Source: Flavobacterium selenitireducens
Lineage (GTDB): Bacteria > Bacteroidota > Bacteroidia > Flavobacteriales > Flavobacteriaceae
Assembly (NCBI RefSeq): GCF_014748335.1
Contig: NZ_JAAVIY010000002.1
Coordinates: 162,840 to 226,839 of the forward strand
Direction: 5' to 3'
Length of the DNA stretch: 64,000 nucleotides
Within the stretch, counting starts at the first letter, position 1. Every line of letters begins with the position of its first letter. The translations under genes and the position numbers were made by a program. Positions 44,115-53,387 of the stretch are shown here, piece by piece. Under the pieces are notes generated by a model. That model had not been told where the DNA came from. It searched no databases and saw only the letters and a list, made by a program, of their open reading frames with translations.

Positions 44115-44467
44115 AAAATTAAAAAAAGTTGAGCGAAAGTAAGTAATAAACGCGTAAACCTGTGTTAATGTGGTAATAAAGTGGTTGAGTGCCCGAACGA
44201 ATGGGTGACGATGCACGTCAGTACTTTGAACACTGGGTTTGCGTGAGGGATGGAAGCGGCATCCTTTTGGACAACCTACAGATTTTTCCAACCGTGTAGG
44301 TTCTGGACAAAAGATACAGCGGACAGCCCGACGGCGGCGCCTCTAATGCTTTTACATGGCGACATTCCCACGCCGCCGTCACGCCCAACCTAAACTTTAA
44401 TCCTTTCACTTTAAACTTCAAACGATTTAACTAAATTTGCCACTCATCGAAAAAATCAAACCACGCC

Positions 44468-45739
44468 ATGTTACAAATAGCTTACATACGCGAAAATCAG
44501 CAAAAGGTCATCGACGCGTTGGCCAAGCGCAATCTTGACGCCGCCGACTTGATCGCAGATGTCGTGTCGGTAGACGAGAACCGTCGGGCCACGCAAGCGG
44601 AATTGGACAACACGCTGTCTGAATCGAACAAGCTGTCCAAAGACATTGGCGAACTCATGAAAAATGGCGAAAAGGCGAAAGCGGCTATTTTAAAGGAGAA
44701 AACGGTAATATTGAAAGAGAAAAGTAAGGAACTTGCCGAAAAACTCGATGTTTTCGCGAGCGACCTGACGGCAAAATTATACACGATCCCTAACCTTCCG
44801 GCCGATATCGTCCCGAATGGTAGAACTGCGGATGACAACGAGACCGTTTTTCAAAGCGGGGAAATTCCTGATTTGCATGGTGAAGCACAGCCGCATTGGG
44901 AACTCGTGAAAAAATACGATATCATCGATTTCGAGCTTGGCGTCAAGATCGCCGGTGCCGGATTCCCGGTTTACAAGGGAAAAGGTGCCAAATTGCAACG
45001 CGCGCTTATTGCGTACTTCCTCGATAAAAACACAGATGCCGGTTACCAGGAAGTCCAGGTTCCGCATTTGGTGAACGAGGCGTCGGGTTATGGAACCGGA
45101 CAACTTCCGGACAAGGAAGGCCAGATGTATTATGTGGGTGCCGACGACTTATACCTGATTCCGACGGCTGAGGTTCCGGTTACGAATTTGTACCGCGATG
45201 TCATCCTTTCAGAAAGCGAATTACCGGTGCTTAACACTGGGTACACGCCTTGTTTCAGACGCGAGGCCGGATCCTATGGCGCCCACGTTCGCGGCTTGAA
45301 CCGCCTGCACCAATTCGACAAAGTTGAAATCGTGCGCATTGAGAAGCCGGAGAATTCCTATGCGGCTCTCGACGGCATGGTCGGGCACGTCAAAAATATA
45401 CTCGACGAACTGAAATTGCCGTATCGGGTTTTGCGTTTGTGCGGTGGCGATATGGGATTTGCTTCGGCTTTGACTTATGATTTCGAGGTATTTTCCACGG
45501 CCCAGGATCGATGGTTGGAAATCAGTTCGGTTTCGAATTTTGAGACGTTCCAATCCAACCGCCTCAAATTGCGCTACCGAGACAAGGAGGGCAAAAACCA
45601 TTTGGCGCACACGCTTAACGGAAGTTCACTGGCTTTGCCGCGTGTCCTTGCGGGAATTATCGAGAATTACCAGACGCCGGAGGGAATCGTGATTCCGGAA
45701 GTGTTGCGCAAGTATACGGGATTCGAGATTATCAATTAG
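44468..45739 (+). CDS. serS: Seryl-tRNA synthetase
   Basis: An N-terminal coiled-coil tRNA-binding arm is followed by class II motifs (FRREAGS..G...GLNRLHQFDKVE; GSSLALPR). The product is 423 aa. Confidence 0.95.
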   Translation: MLQIAYIRENQQKVIDALAKRNLDAADLIADVVSVDENRRATQAELDNTLSESNKLSKDIGELMKNGEKAKAAILKEKTVILKEKSKELAEKLDVFASDLTAKLYTIPNLPADIVPNGRTADDNETVFQSGEIPDLHGEAQPHWELVKKYDIIDFELGVKIAGAGFPVYKGKGAKLQRALIAYFLDKNTDAGYQEVQVPHLVNEASGYGTGQLPDKEGQMYYVGADDLYLIPTAEVPVTNLYRDVILSESELPVLNTGYTPCFRREAGSYGAHVRGLNRLHQFDKVEIVRIEKPENSYAALDGMVGHVKNILDELKLPYRVLRLCGGDMGFASALTYDFEVFSTAQDRWLEISSVSNFETFQSNRLKLRYRDKEGKNHLAHTLNGSSLALPRVLAGIIENYQTPEGIVIPEVLRKYTGFEIIN

Positions 45740-45793
45740 AGATTGGGGATTTCCTGTTTGGGTCGTTAAATCGTCAATTGGCTCACGCGCGGC

Positions 45794-45828
45794 AGACATA
45801 ACAGATTTTTAAAAAATCTGTTATGTCT
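45794..45828. repeat. Perfect 17-bp inverted repeat (AGACATAACAGATTTTT / AAAAATCTGTTATGTCT)
   Basis: Read directly, 55 nt downstream of the serS stop. It could be a long-stem terminator or a palindromic operator. Confidence 0.6.
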
Positions 45829-45985
45829 ATATAAAAATACCCAATCGACACCAATTTCAATTACAGTTTTTCTGCCTATTTTGTTAAAGGTTAATAATAT
45901 CTTTCCAACGCCTCTATCTTTGTCCGTGCCAATACGTTCCACCGCCAAAAAGCGTTATATTGGAATAGTCTAGCAAAATCCGAAA

Positions 45986-47764
45986 ATGAAACTAAAACTT
46001 GCCTTGATCGCTTTTCTGTTTTCGCTTGCTGCGATCGCCCAAAACGAGCAGCTGGCCCAGAATTATTTTGACAAAGGCGAGTTCGAAAAGGCCAAAGTGA
46101 GCTATCAGGAATTGCTAAAAAATCAGCCGTCGAACAGTATTTATTTCCAGCGATTGGTCGAGTCTTTCCAACAGCTTCAACAACTTGAGGAAGCTGAAAA
46201 GCTATTGCGCGAACGCCTGGAACGCTACAAACAAGGCGGGCTTCTCGTCGAAATCGGATACAATTACCAGCTCAAAAAGGACGATTCCAAAGCGAAAAAA
46301 TACTACGAGGAAGCGTTGGCCAAGATCAAAGTCAACGCCGGGGATGTTTACAGCGTTGCTTCTTCATTCGAGAAACGCTCGCTTCTCGATTACGCGTTGC
46401 GTGCCTATAAACTGGCGCTTGAGAAAGAGCCCAAGATGAATTTCAACTATCAGATGGCGCTGCTTTACGGACAGCAAGGCAATACCGACATGATGATCAA
46501 CACGTTCCTAGACGAAGCGTTCGCCAATCCGCATAGCACGATCGTGGTGCAGAACCAGTTGTCGCGATTCATGAACGAGGATGCGGACACGAATTTCAAC
46601 GAGACGTTGCGAAAGGCGCTTTTGGTGCGCGCCCAGAAAGATCAGGATATTTTCTGGAACCAATACCTGAGTTGGTTTTATGTCCAACAAAAAGAATACG
46701 GAAAAGCTTTCGTACAGGAAAAGGCGGTCTACAAGCGCAATCCCGAGACATTTTACAACATCGTCAACCTTGCCGAACTCGCCATACAGGAAGACGACTC
46801 TGAAACTGCCAAGGAGATTTTCGGATGGATTTTACAGAACACGTCCGAGATCGAATTGCGCGTCCAGGCCAATTTTTACCTGATGGAAATGCGCGTCCAA
46901 TCGGCGACGGAAAAGGAAAACGCCCAAATAGAGGCCGACTTCAAAAAACTTATGGACGAATTCGGGCTCAATCCGTTTACGCTTCAATTGCAGATCTTAT
47001 ACGCTCATTTCACGGCCTTCAACGCCAACAATCCGGAAGCGGCCAAAAACATGCTCAGACAGTCGCTCGAGTTACAACTCAACCGCTATCAGCAGTCGGA
47101 CGTGAAAATGGAACTTGCAGACATTTTGTTGTACGAGGAAAAGTTCAATCAGGCGTTGATTTATTATTCCCAGATCGAGGATGATCTGAAAAACGATGCC
47201 ATCGGGCACGAAGCAAGTTTGAAATCCGCGCGCACGAGCTATTTCAAAGGGGATTTTACCTGGGCACAAGCACAATTCAAGACACTGAAATCGGCGTCCA
47301 CGCAATTAATTGCCAACGACGCTCTGGAATATTTCCTGCTGATTTCGGACAATACGGTAGAGGATTCCACACAAACGGCTCTGAAGAAGTTCGCCAGGGC
47401 CGATTATCTGCTCTACCAAAATAAGTCGAAAGACGCCTTGGCCGCGTTTCAAGCCATTCTCCAAGAATTCAAAGGCAAGGAAATAGAAAGTGTGACGATG
47501 TTGCGATTGGGAAAAATGTATGAGAAAGCAGGTGATTTCAACGCCGCGCTGAATCTGTACAAAAGCATTCTTGACAATCATGCTGACGGGATTTATGTAG
47601 ACGAAGCGCTTTATTATTCGGCAGACATTTACAATTTCCATCTCAAGGAACCCGAGAGAGCCAAGCCGCTTTACGAAAAAATGATCTTTGAACATCAGGA
47701 CAGTATTCATTTTGTGGAAGCGCGAAAGAAATACCGGACGTTGAGAGGCGACACTAATCTTTAA
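45986..47764 (+). CDS. Secreted tetratricopeptide-repeat protein
   Basis: Signal peptide (LALIAFLFSLAAIAQ). A 592-aa product composed almost entirely of TPR-like helical pairs (W-LG-Y-A-F-P motifs). Confidence 0.8.
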   Translation: MKLKLALIAFLFSLAAIAQNEQLAQNYFDKGEFEKAKVSYQELLKNQPSNSIYFQRLVESFQQLQQLEEAEKLLRERLERYKQGGLLVEIGYNYQLKKDDSKAKKYYEEALAKIKVNAGDVYSVASSFEKRSLLDYALRAYKLALEKEPKMNFNYQMALLYGQQGNTDMMINTFLDEAFANPHSTIVVQNQLSRFMNEDADTNFNETLRKALLVRAQKDQDIFWNQYLSWFYVQQKEYGKAFVQEKAVYKRNPETFYNIVNLAELAIQEDDSETAKEIFGWILQNTSEIELRVQANFYLMEMRVQSATEKENAQIEADFKKLMDEFGLNPFTLQLQILYAHFTAFNANNPEAAKNMLRQSLELQLNRYQQSDVKMELADILLYEEKFNQALIYYSQIEDDLKNDAIGHEASLKSARTSYFKGDFTWAQAQFKTLKSASTQLIANDALEYFLLISDNTVEDSTQTALKKFARADYLLYQNKSKDALAAFQAILQEFKGKEIESVTMLRLGKMYEKAGDFNAALNLYKSILDNHADGIYVDEALYYSADIYNFHLKEPERAKPLYEKMIFEHQDSIHFVEARKKYRTLRGDTNL

Positions 47765-47864
47765 ATCCCAAATTCCAATCTCGTCAATCGTAAATCCGGA
47801 GTTGGCCATTGACAAACCCAACTTCCCTTAAGCTTCAAAACAACAAACCATAGATTAACCAATA

Positions 47865-48185
47865 ATGATAATATACAACGTCACCATCAATATACACGAC
47901 TCCGTCCACGACCAATGGATGGATTGGATGCAGCACAAACACATATCGGACGTGCTGGCAACAGGCAAATTCATTAACGCGCGCATGGTAAAGGTGCTCG
48001 TCGAGGAAGAAATGGGCGGCGTTACGTATTCCGTGCAGTTCACCGCCGAAAATCGCGAAATGCTCGAGCGTTATTATGCTGAAGATGCGCCACGGCTGCG
48101 AGAAGAGAGCCAGGCGTTGTTTGGCGACCGAATGCTTGCGTTCCGTACCGAGCTCGAACTGATTTCAGACCACAACATCGTTTAG
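47865..48185 (+). CDS. Small conserved protein (DUF4286-like) preceding rsmA
   Basis: A 106-aa ORF whose stop abuts the rsmA start (TAG-G-ATG). The family assignment is from memory of Bacteroidota ksgA neighbourhoods. Confidence 0.55.
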   Translation: MIIYNVTINIHDSVHDQWMDWMQHKHISDVLATGKFINARMVKVLVEEEMGGVTYSVQFTAENREMLERYYAEDAPRLREESQALFGDRMLAFRTELELISDHNIV

Positions 48186-48186
48186 G

Positions 48187-48975
48187 ATGGATAAGGTAAA
48201 AGCGAAAAAACATCTTGGCCAACACTTTCTCAACGACGAGAACATCGCCAGGAAAATTGCCGATTCCCTAGTCGGAAGCGGCTATTCCGACGTGCTCGAG
48301 ATCGGGCCGGGCATGGGAGTGCTCACCAAATATCTGCTCGAGAAGGATTTCACGACCTATGTCATCGAGATCGACACGGAATCGGTGGAATATCTGAATG
48401 CGCATTATCCGAAATTACACGGGAAAATCATCTCGAAAGACTTCCTGAAATACAATATCAACGAAGTTTTTGAAGACCGACCGTTTGCGATAATCGGGAA
48501 TTTTCCGTACAACATTTCGACCCAAATCGTGTTTCGGATGTTGCATTACCGCTATCAGATTCCCGAATTTTCAGGCATGTTCCAAAAAGAAGTGGCCGAA
48601 CGCATCTGTGAAACGAAAGGCAGCAAAGCCTACGGAATATTATCGGTGCTGGTACAGGCGTTCTACGACGCGGAATATCTCTTTACCGTGAGCGAGAATG
48701 TGTTTACGCCTCCTCCAAAAGTCAAGTCCGGCGTGCTGCGTTTGACGCGAAAGGAAAATTATACGCTTCCTTGCGACGAGAAACTGTTTTTCACGGTCGT
48801 AAAAACCGCGTTCAACCAACGCCGGAAGCAACTCCGTAACAGTTTAAAAACATTCGGCTTGTCCGAAAAATTGCGCGAAAATCCTATCTTTGACCTCCGT
48901 CCGGAACAGCTGGACGTGGCGCAGTTCATTTCGGTAACACAAAATATCCAGGCCGATGGAGTTCAAAGTCAGTAA
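48187..48975 (+). CDS. rsmA: 16S rRNA (adenine1518/1519-N6)-dimethyltransferase RsmA/KsgA
   Basis: [15 protein letters not shown] (SAM motif I), NFPYNIS (motif IV), and a 262-aa length. Confidence 0.92.
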   Translation: MDKVKAKKHLGQHFLNDENIARKIADSLVGSGYSDVLEIGPGMGVLTKYLLEKDFTTYVIEIDTESVEYLNAHYPKLHGKIISKDFLKYNINEVFEDRPFAIIGNFPYNISTQIVFRMLHYRYQIPEFSGMFQKEVAERICETKGSKAYGILSVLVQAFYDAEYLFTVSENVFTPPPKVKSGVLRLTRKENYTLPCDEKLFFTVVKTAFNQRRKQLRNSLKTFGLSEKLRENPIFDLRPEQLDVAQFISVTQNIQADGVQSQ

Positions 48976-50308
48976 GGAATTAATCTCGCAGATCGAGGGG
49001 CTTATCAGAAGCAAGGACGACAGGCAACTCGAATCCCTGCTCAACGATCTGCACCCTGCTGATATTGCCGAAATTCTAGACGAACTCGACGCCAACGAGG
49101 GAACTTACATTTTCAAGATTCTCGATACCGAAAAAACGGCCGAAATACTTCTCGAGCTCGACGACAACATCCGCGAGGACATCCTCGAGCGCCTTTCCCC
49201 AAAAGAAATCGCAGAAGAACTTGACGCCCTCGACACCAACGATGCGGCCGATATTATCGCCGAACTTCCCCAAAGCAGGAAAGAAGAGGTCATACTCGAG
49301 CTTCAGGACATGGAGCACGCCAAGGATATCGTCGAGCTTTTGCGCTATGACGAGCATTCGGCGGGTGGTTTGATGCACAAAGAACTCGTAAAAGTCAACG
49401 AAAACTGGAACGTGCTGACGTGCGTTAAGGAAATGCGTATCCAGGCAGAAAACGTTTCCCGCGTGCATTCGATTTATGTCGTAGATGACGAAGATCGGCT
49501 AAAAGGGAGATTGTCACTTAAAGATTTGCTGACGACGTCCACGAAAACGGCGATCAGCGATGTCTATATCCGCAAACTCAACATGGTCAAGATCGATACG
49601 GAAGACGTTGAGGTCGCGCGTATCATGCAGAAATACGATTTGGAAGCCATTCCCGTCGTGGACGAAATGGGTCGTCTCGTCGGACGCGTCACGATCGATG
49701 ACATCGTAGACGTAATCAAGGACGAAGCCGACAAGGATTACCAACTCGCGGCGGGTATCTCACAGGACGTCGAGGCCGATGACAGCATTCTCGATTTGAC
49801 AAAGGCGCGTCTTCCATGGCTGGTTCTGGCGCTTTTGGGCGGATTTATTTCGGTCCACGTTCTCGGACTGTTCGAAGGAGCCATGAAAGAACACGGCGGT
49901 TTGTTCCTGTTCACGCCCCTGATCGCGGCGATGGCGGGCAATGTCGGCGTACAGTCGTCGGCGATTATCGTGCAAGGTCTGGCCAACGACACCATTAGCG
50001 GTTCGCTGTTCAACCGATTACTCAAAGAAGTCATGCTTTCGCTTCTCAACGGCTCGATCCTGGCCATCATACTTTTCCTGGGCAGCCACTTTTTGCTTGA
50101 CGTGGAAACCGTTGTCGGGTTTATCGTGACCATCGCATTGGTTTCGGTTATCGTCATCGCCTCCCTTATTGGAACGTTCATCCCGATTTTACTCGACAAG
50201 TTCGGGATTGACCCGGCTCTCGCCACGGGCCCGTTCATAACGACGAGCAACGATATCTGCGGGATATTGATCTACTTTTCGATCGCCAAAATGGTGATTG
50301 GGTTTTAG
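48956..50308 (+). CDS. mgtE: Magnesium transporter MgtE
   Basis: An acidic N-domain with tandem CBS domains is followed by five TM helices. [16 protein letters not shown] is the MgtE signature. It overlaps the rsmA end by 20 nt. Confidence 0.92.
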   Translation: MEFKVSKELISQIEGLIRSKDDRQLESLLNDLHPADIAEILDELDANEGTYIFKILDTEKTAEILLELDDNIREDILERLSPKEIAEELDALDTNDAADIIAELPQSRKEEVILELQDMEHAKDIVELLRYDEHSAGGLMHKELVKVNENWNVLTCVKEMRIQAENVSRVHSIYVVDDEDRLKGRLSLKDLLTTSTKTAISDVYIRKLNMVKIDTEDVEVARIMQKYDLEAIPVVDEMGRLVGRVTIDDIVDVIKDEADKDYQLAAGISQDVEADDSILDLTKARLPWLVLALLGGFISVHVLGLFEGAMKEHGGLFLFTPLIAAMAGNVGVQSSAIIVQGLANDTISGSLFNRLLKEVMLSLLNGSILAIILFLGSHFLLDVETVVGFIVTIALVSVIVIASLIGTFIPILLDKFGIDPALATGPFITTSNDICGILIYFSIAKMVIGF

Positions 50309-50470
50309 GCGTTTCCGGATTACTTTCGTGCTAAGCGTCAAAGGGTTTTATGTGTGACGTAACGGTTGTCTTCGCTCAAGGTTTGTGAACCGTCGAGGTT
50401 GGTAAAGTGCTTCACGCTCTGACAATTTTTAGTTAAATACCACCAAAGCGTTTGATTCTCGGCTATTTTT

Positions 50471-51139
50471 GTGCACAAGCATTTTTTTATGAGATTTTGG
50501 CTGCCGATACTATTGCTGTTTTGTTCGTTGTGCGTCTTCGCCCAGCCGGACACGGGCAAAAACAGGCTCAGCATTCCGCCGGTCACGCCTCCGGAAACAA
50601 AAGCGCCTGTAGTGACGCCGCCCAAAAAAGATCCGTATTACGTGCCGCCATCCATCAGCGGCGATCCGATCAAAAATTACAACCTCAATACCGATAAACC
50701 GATAAACTTCGGTGCCCCAAAGCCCAAATTTGAGAATCCGGGCGATGCCATAGCCGAGAGAATCAATTCAGAAGGTAGCGGCAGCAAGTCGTTTCCTGAA
50801 CTGCGCCAGAACAAGCACATGGGCGAATTTCGCGTGACGAGCACGATGATCACCGTTTCCTACCAGGATATCGGGCCTTATGTCGACGGGGAACGCATTA
50901 CCGTCTACGTCAACGAGCGCGCGGTAATGGAACTCCATATAACCGGCGCGCGCCAATCCATGGAAATACCGCTTTCCGACGGCTTCAACAAAGTTGCCCT
51001 TAAAGTAAGCAACGTGGGAACGGTTTATCCGAGCAGTATTTATTTCGAGGTAACCGACGACAAAGGACGGTTGCTCACTTCCGACTCCTGGTTTGCCGAT
51101 ATCGGAATCGTATCGGACATGGTCATCATTAAGGAGTAA
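50471..51139 (+). CDS. Secreted proline-rich hypothetical protein
   Basis: The signal peptide (MRFWLPILLLFCSLCVFAQ) starts at the second Met (50489). A Pro-rich linker (PPVTPPETKAPVVTPPKK) precedes a beta-rich C-terminal domain. Confidence 0.6.
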   Translation: MHKHFFMRFWLPILLLFCSLCVFAQPDTGKNRLSIPPVTPPETKAPVVTPPKKDPYYVPPSISGDPIKNYNLNTDKPINFGAPKPKFENPGDAIAERINSEGSGSKSFPELRQNKHMGEFRVTSTMITVSYQDIGPYVDGERITVYVNERAVMELHITGARQSMEIPLSDGFNKVALKVSNVGTVYPSSIYFEVTDDKGRLLTSDSWFADIGIVSDMVIIKE

Positions 51140-51173
51140 CCCGATATTTTGGTAACTTTGGAAAAAACGCCAA

Positions 51174-52520
51174 GTGAAGCCCAAAGTCCTCCACCTCGAC
51201 ACCAATCATCCTATTTTACTACAGCAACTCGCCGACGCCGGGTTTGAAAACCACGAAGATTATACGTCCTCAAAATCAGATATCGAAGCCAAAATGTCCG
51301 ATTACGAAGGCATTGTGATCCGGAGCCGGTTCAAAATCGATAAAGTTTTTCTCGACAGTGCGACGAATCTGAAGTTTATCGCAAGAGTAGGAGCCGGGCT
51401 TGAAAGCATCGATGGGGACTATGCCCAATCGAAAGGCGTAACACTGATTGCGGCGCCTGAGGGCAACCGGAACGCCGTTGCGGAACACTCGCTGGGCATG
51501 CTGCTCAATCTTTTCAACAAACTCAACATTGCCGACCGCGAGATCCGCGAAGGGTATTGGAAGCGCGAAAGCAACCGCGGACACGAACTCGACGGCAAAA
51601 CGGTTGGGATAATCGGATATGGAAATATGGGGAAATCGTTCGCGAAAAAACTCAGAGGTTTTGACGTTGAGGTTTTATGTTACGATATCGTTGAAGGTGT
51701 TTCCGACGCCAATGCGAAACAGGTTTCCTTGTCGGAATTGCAGCAAAAAGCCGACGTGCTGAGCTTGCATATCCCGTGGACGCCCGAAACAGACAAAATG
51801 GTAGACGCCGGTTTTATCGGTGCTTTTGCAAAATCCTTCTGGCTCATCAACACATCCCGAGGCAAAAATGTCGTAACCGAAGATTTGGTCGCGGCTTTAA
51901 AATCGGGAAAGATTTTGGGTGCCGGACTCGATGTTCTCGAATATGAGAAACTGTCCTTTGAAACACTGTTTGAAGGAGAAATGCCGGATGCTTTCCGATA
52001 TCTGTTAAAGTCAGAAAACGTCCTCCTTTCACCTCACATCGCGGGCTGGACAGTCGAAAGCAAACAGCGTTTGGCTCAGGTTATCGTCGACAAAATCAAA
52101 GTGCTGTATTTCGGGACCGATATTCCGCAGGTTGAACAAAGACGCGTAACCGGAATTGGCGGGTTTTTCTTCAAGGCCAAAAATCCCGATGCGCTGAAAG
52201 AGTGGTATCGGAATCACCTCGGAGTGCCGGCCGATCAATATGGCTGGACCTTTTGGTGGAAAGACGAACATGGAAATGATGGTTCGACGCAATGGTCGGT
52301 TTTTGGCGACGACACAAAATATTTTATACCATCCGAAAAACAGTTCATGCAAAACCTGCGCGTCGAAAATCTCGACCGCCTCATCGTTCAGCTTAAAGGC
52401 GAGGGCGTGACTTTGGTTGGCGATCCGGAAACGCATGACTACGGGAAATTTGCGTGGATCCTCGATCCGGAAGGCAACAAAATCGAGCTGTGGGAACCCG
52501 TTGACAAAGCGTTTTTGTAA
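51174..52520 (+). CDS. 2-hydroxyacid dehydrogenase (SerA-like) fused to a C-terminal VOC/glyoxalase-like domain
   Basis: Residues 1-310 carry GIIGYGNMG (GxGxxG) and R..H catalytic elements (NTSRGK...LDVLEYE...SPHIAGWT). Residues 320-448 form a beta-alpha-beta-beta-beta VOC-like module (IGGFFFKAKNPDALKEWYRNHLG...FAWILDPEGNKIELWEP). Confidence 0.8.
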   Translation: MKPKVLHLDTNHPILLQQLADAGFENHEDYTSSKSDIEAKMSDYEGIVIRSRFKIDKVFLDSATNLKFIARVGAGLESIDGDYAQSKGVTLIAAPEGNRNAVAEHSLGMLLNLFNKLNIADREIREGYWKRESNRGHELDGKTVGIIGYGNMGKSFAKKLRGFDVEVLCYDIVEGVSDANAKQVSLSELQQKADVLSLHIPWTPETDKMVDAGFIGAFAKSFWLINTSRGKNVVTEDLVAALKSGKILGAGLDVLEYEKLSFETLFEGEMPDAFRYLLKSENVLLSPHIAGWTVESKQRLAQVIVDKIKVLYFGTDIPQVEQRRVTGIGGFFFKAKNPDALKEWYRNHLGVPADQYGWTFWWKDEHGNDGSTQWSVFGDDTKYFIPSEKQFMQNLRVENLDRLIVQLKGEGVTLVGDPETHDYGKFAWILDPEGNKIELWEPVDKAFL

Positions 52521-52585
52521 TCCCTTGTTTTATTAATTGGATTTTACGTTCTTCGTTTGCCTAAACCAATAATAATCAAACGAAC

Positions 52586-52951
52586 ATGGAAGAAATCAGA
52601 GAGAACCGGGAAATTCCCGACTTCAACGTAGATCCTGTCCTGGTACTCGTCCTGGGTTTTCTAACCTGCGGATTGTACCTGATCTACTGGAACATCAAGG
52701 CGGCACAAGTGCTCAACGCCGTCGCCGGGCGCGAAGTCATTTCGCAGCCGGTGGCAATTTTTGCCGGATGCTGCACGCCCGTAAACATGTATTTTTACTA
52801 CCTGGCCGGGAAAGAAGCGTTGCCGGTTTTGTACCAAAAAACGGGTCAGCCGCAAAAAGACGAGTCGGTTTTGTTGCTCGTGCTCGGATTCTTTTTCCCA
52901 ATGATTGCCGCAATGATCGTACAAGGTGATATCAACAAGCTTTACAAATAA
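52586..52951 (+). CDS. DUF4234-like small membrane protein
   Basis: GLYLIYW motif and two TM helices. The product is 121 aa. Confidence 0.55.
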   Translation: MEEIRENREIPDFNVDPVLVLVLGFLTCGLYLIYWNIKAAQVLNAVAGREVISQPVAIFAGCCTPVNMYFYYLAGKEALPVLYQKTGQPQKDESVLLLVLGFFFPMIAAMIVQGDINKLYK

Positions 52952-53387
52952 GAAGACAAAGTACAAGATTTTAGGAATTGCCGGGGCCGTTTTGACCTTG
53001 GCAATTCCTTTTTTTATTCACCTCACGAATGCCGACGGACATCTGGAAACGGCTCAATCGCTGTGTCCGTTCAAGATGCTTACGGGTTTCCCGTGTCCCG
53101 GATGCGGAATTACGAAATCGCTCGTGTCTTTATATGACGGGAATCTTATCGAGAGTTTGCGGTACCACATTTTCGGGCTTCCAACGGCGATATTTTGCGT
53201 AGGATTGCTGATCCTTCTTCCGATAGAAATCGCTACCGGAAAAGAATATTTCAATTCAATCTTCTACAGCAGGAGATTAGGATGGGCGATGGCCGTTTCC
53301 CTAATCGCTTACCACCTGGTGCGACTCGGTTTTTTTGTTACCGATAACAGTTATTCGGATATCCTGCGCGAATCGATCTGGAGTTAG
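52926..53387 (+). CDS. DUF2752-like membrane protein
   Basis: CPFKMLTGFPCPGCGITKS is the signature Cys cluster of DUF2752 as I recall it. The product is 153 aa and overlaps the previous gene by 26 nt. Confidence 0.55.
   Translation: MISTSFTNKKTKYKILGIAGAVLTLAIPFFIHLTNADGHLETAQSLCPFKMLTGFPCPGCGITKSLVSLYDGNLIESLRYHIFGLPTAIFCVGLLILLPIEIATGKEYFNSIFYSRRLGWAMAVSLIAYHLVRLGFFVTDNSYSDILRESIWS

Noticed and set aside
44115-44291. ORF-track 5' extension of the M1 aminopeptidase (MEKSVGCPKGCRFH...).
   Set aside because: The extension lacks a signal peptide, whereas the internal Met (MTKIYLLSILVAVSAFGQ) provides one that is required for a T9SS cargo. The extension overlaps the divergent leader region.
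44115-44467. T-box riboswitch upstream of serS.
   Set aside because: No T-box specifier or antiterminator consensus (AATTAGGGTGGTACCGCG-type) is recognisable, and T-boxes are not expected in Bacteroidota. The structured region is retained only as an unclassified leader.
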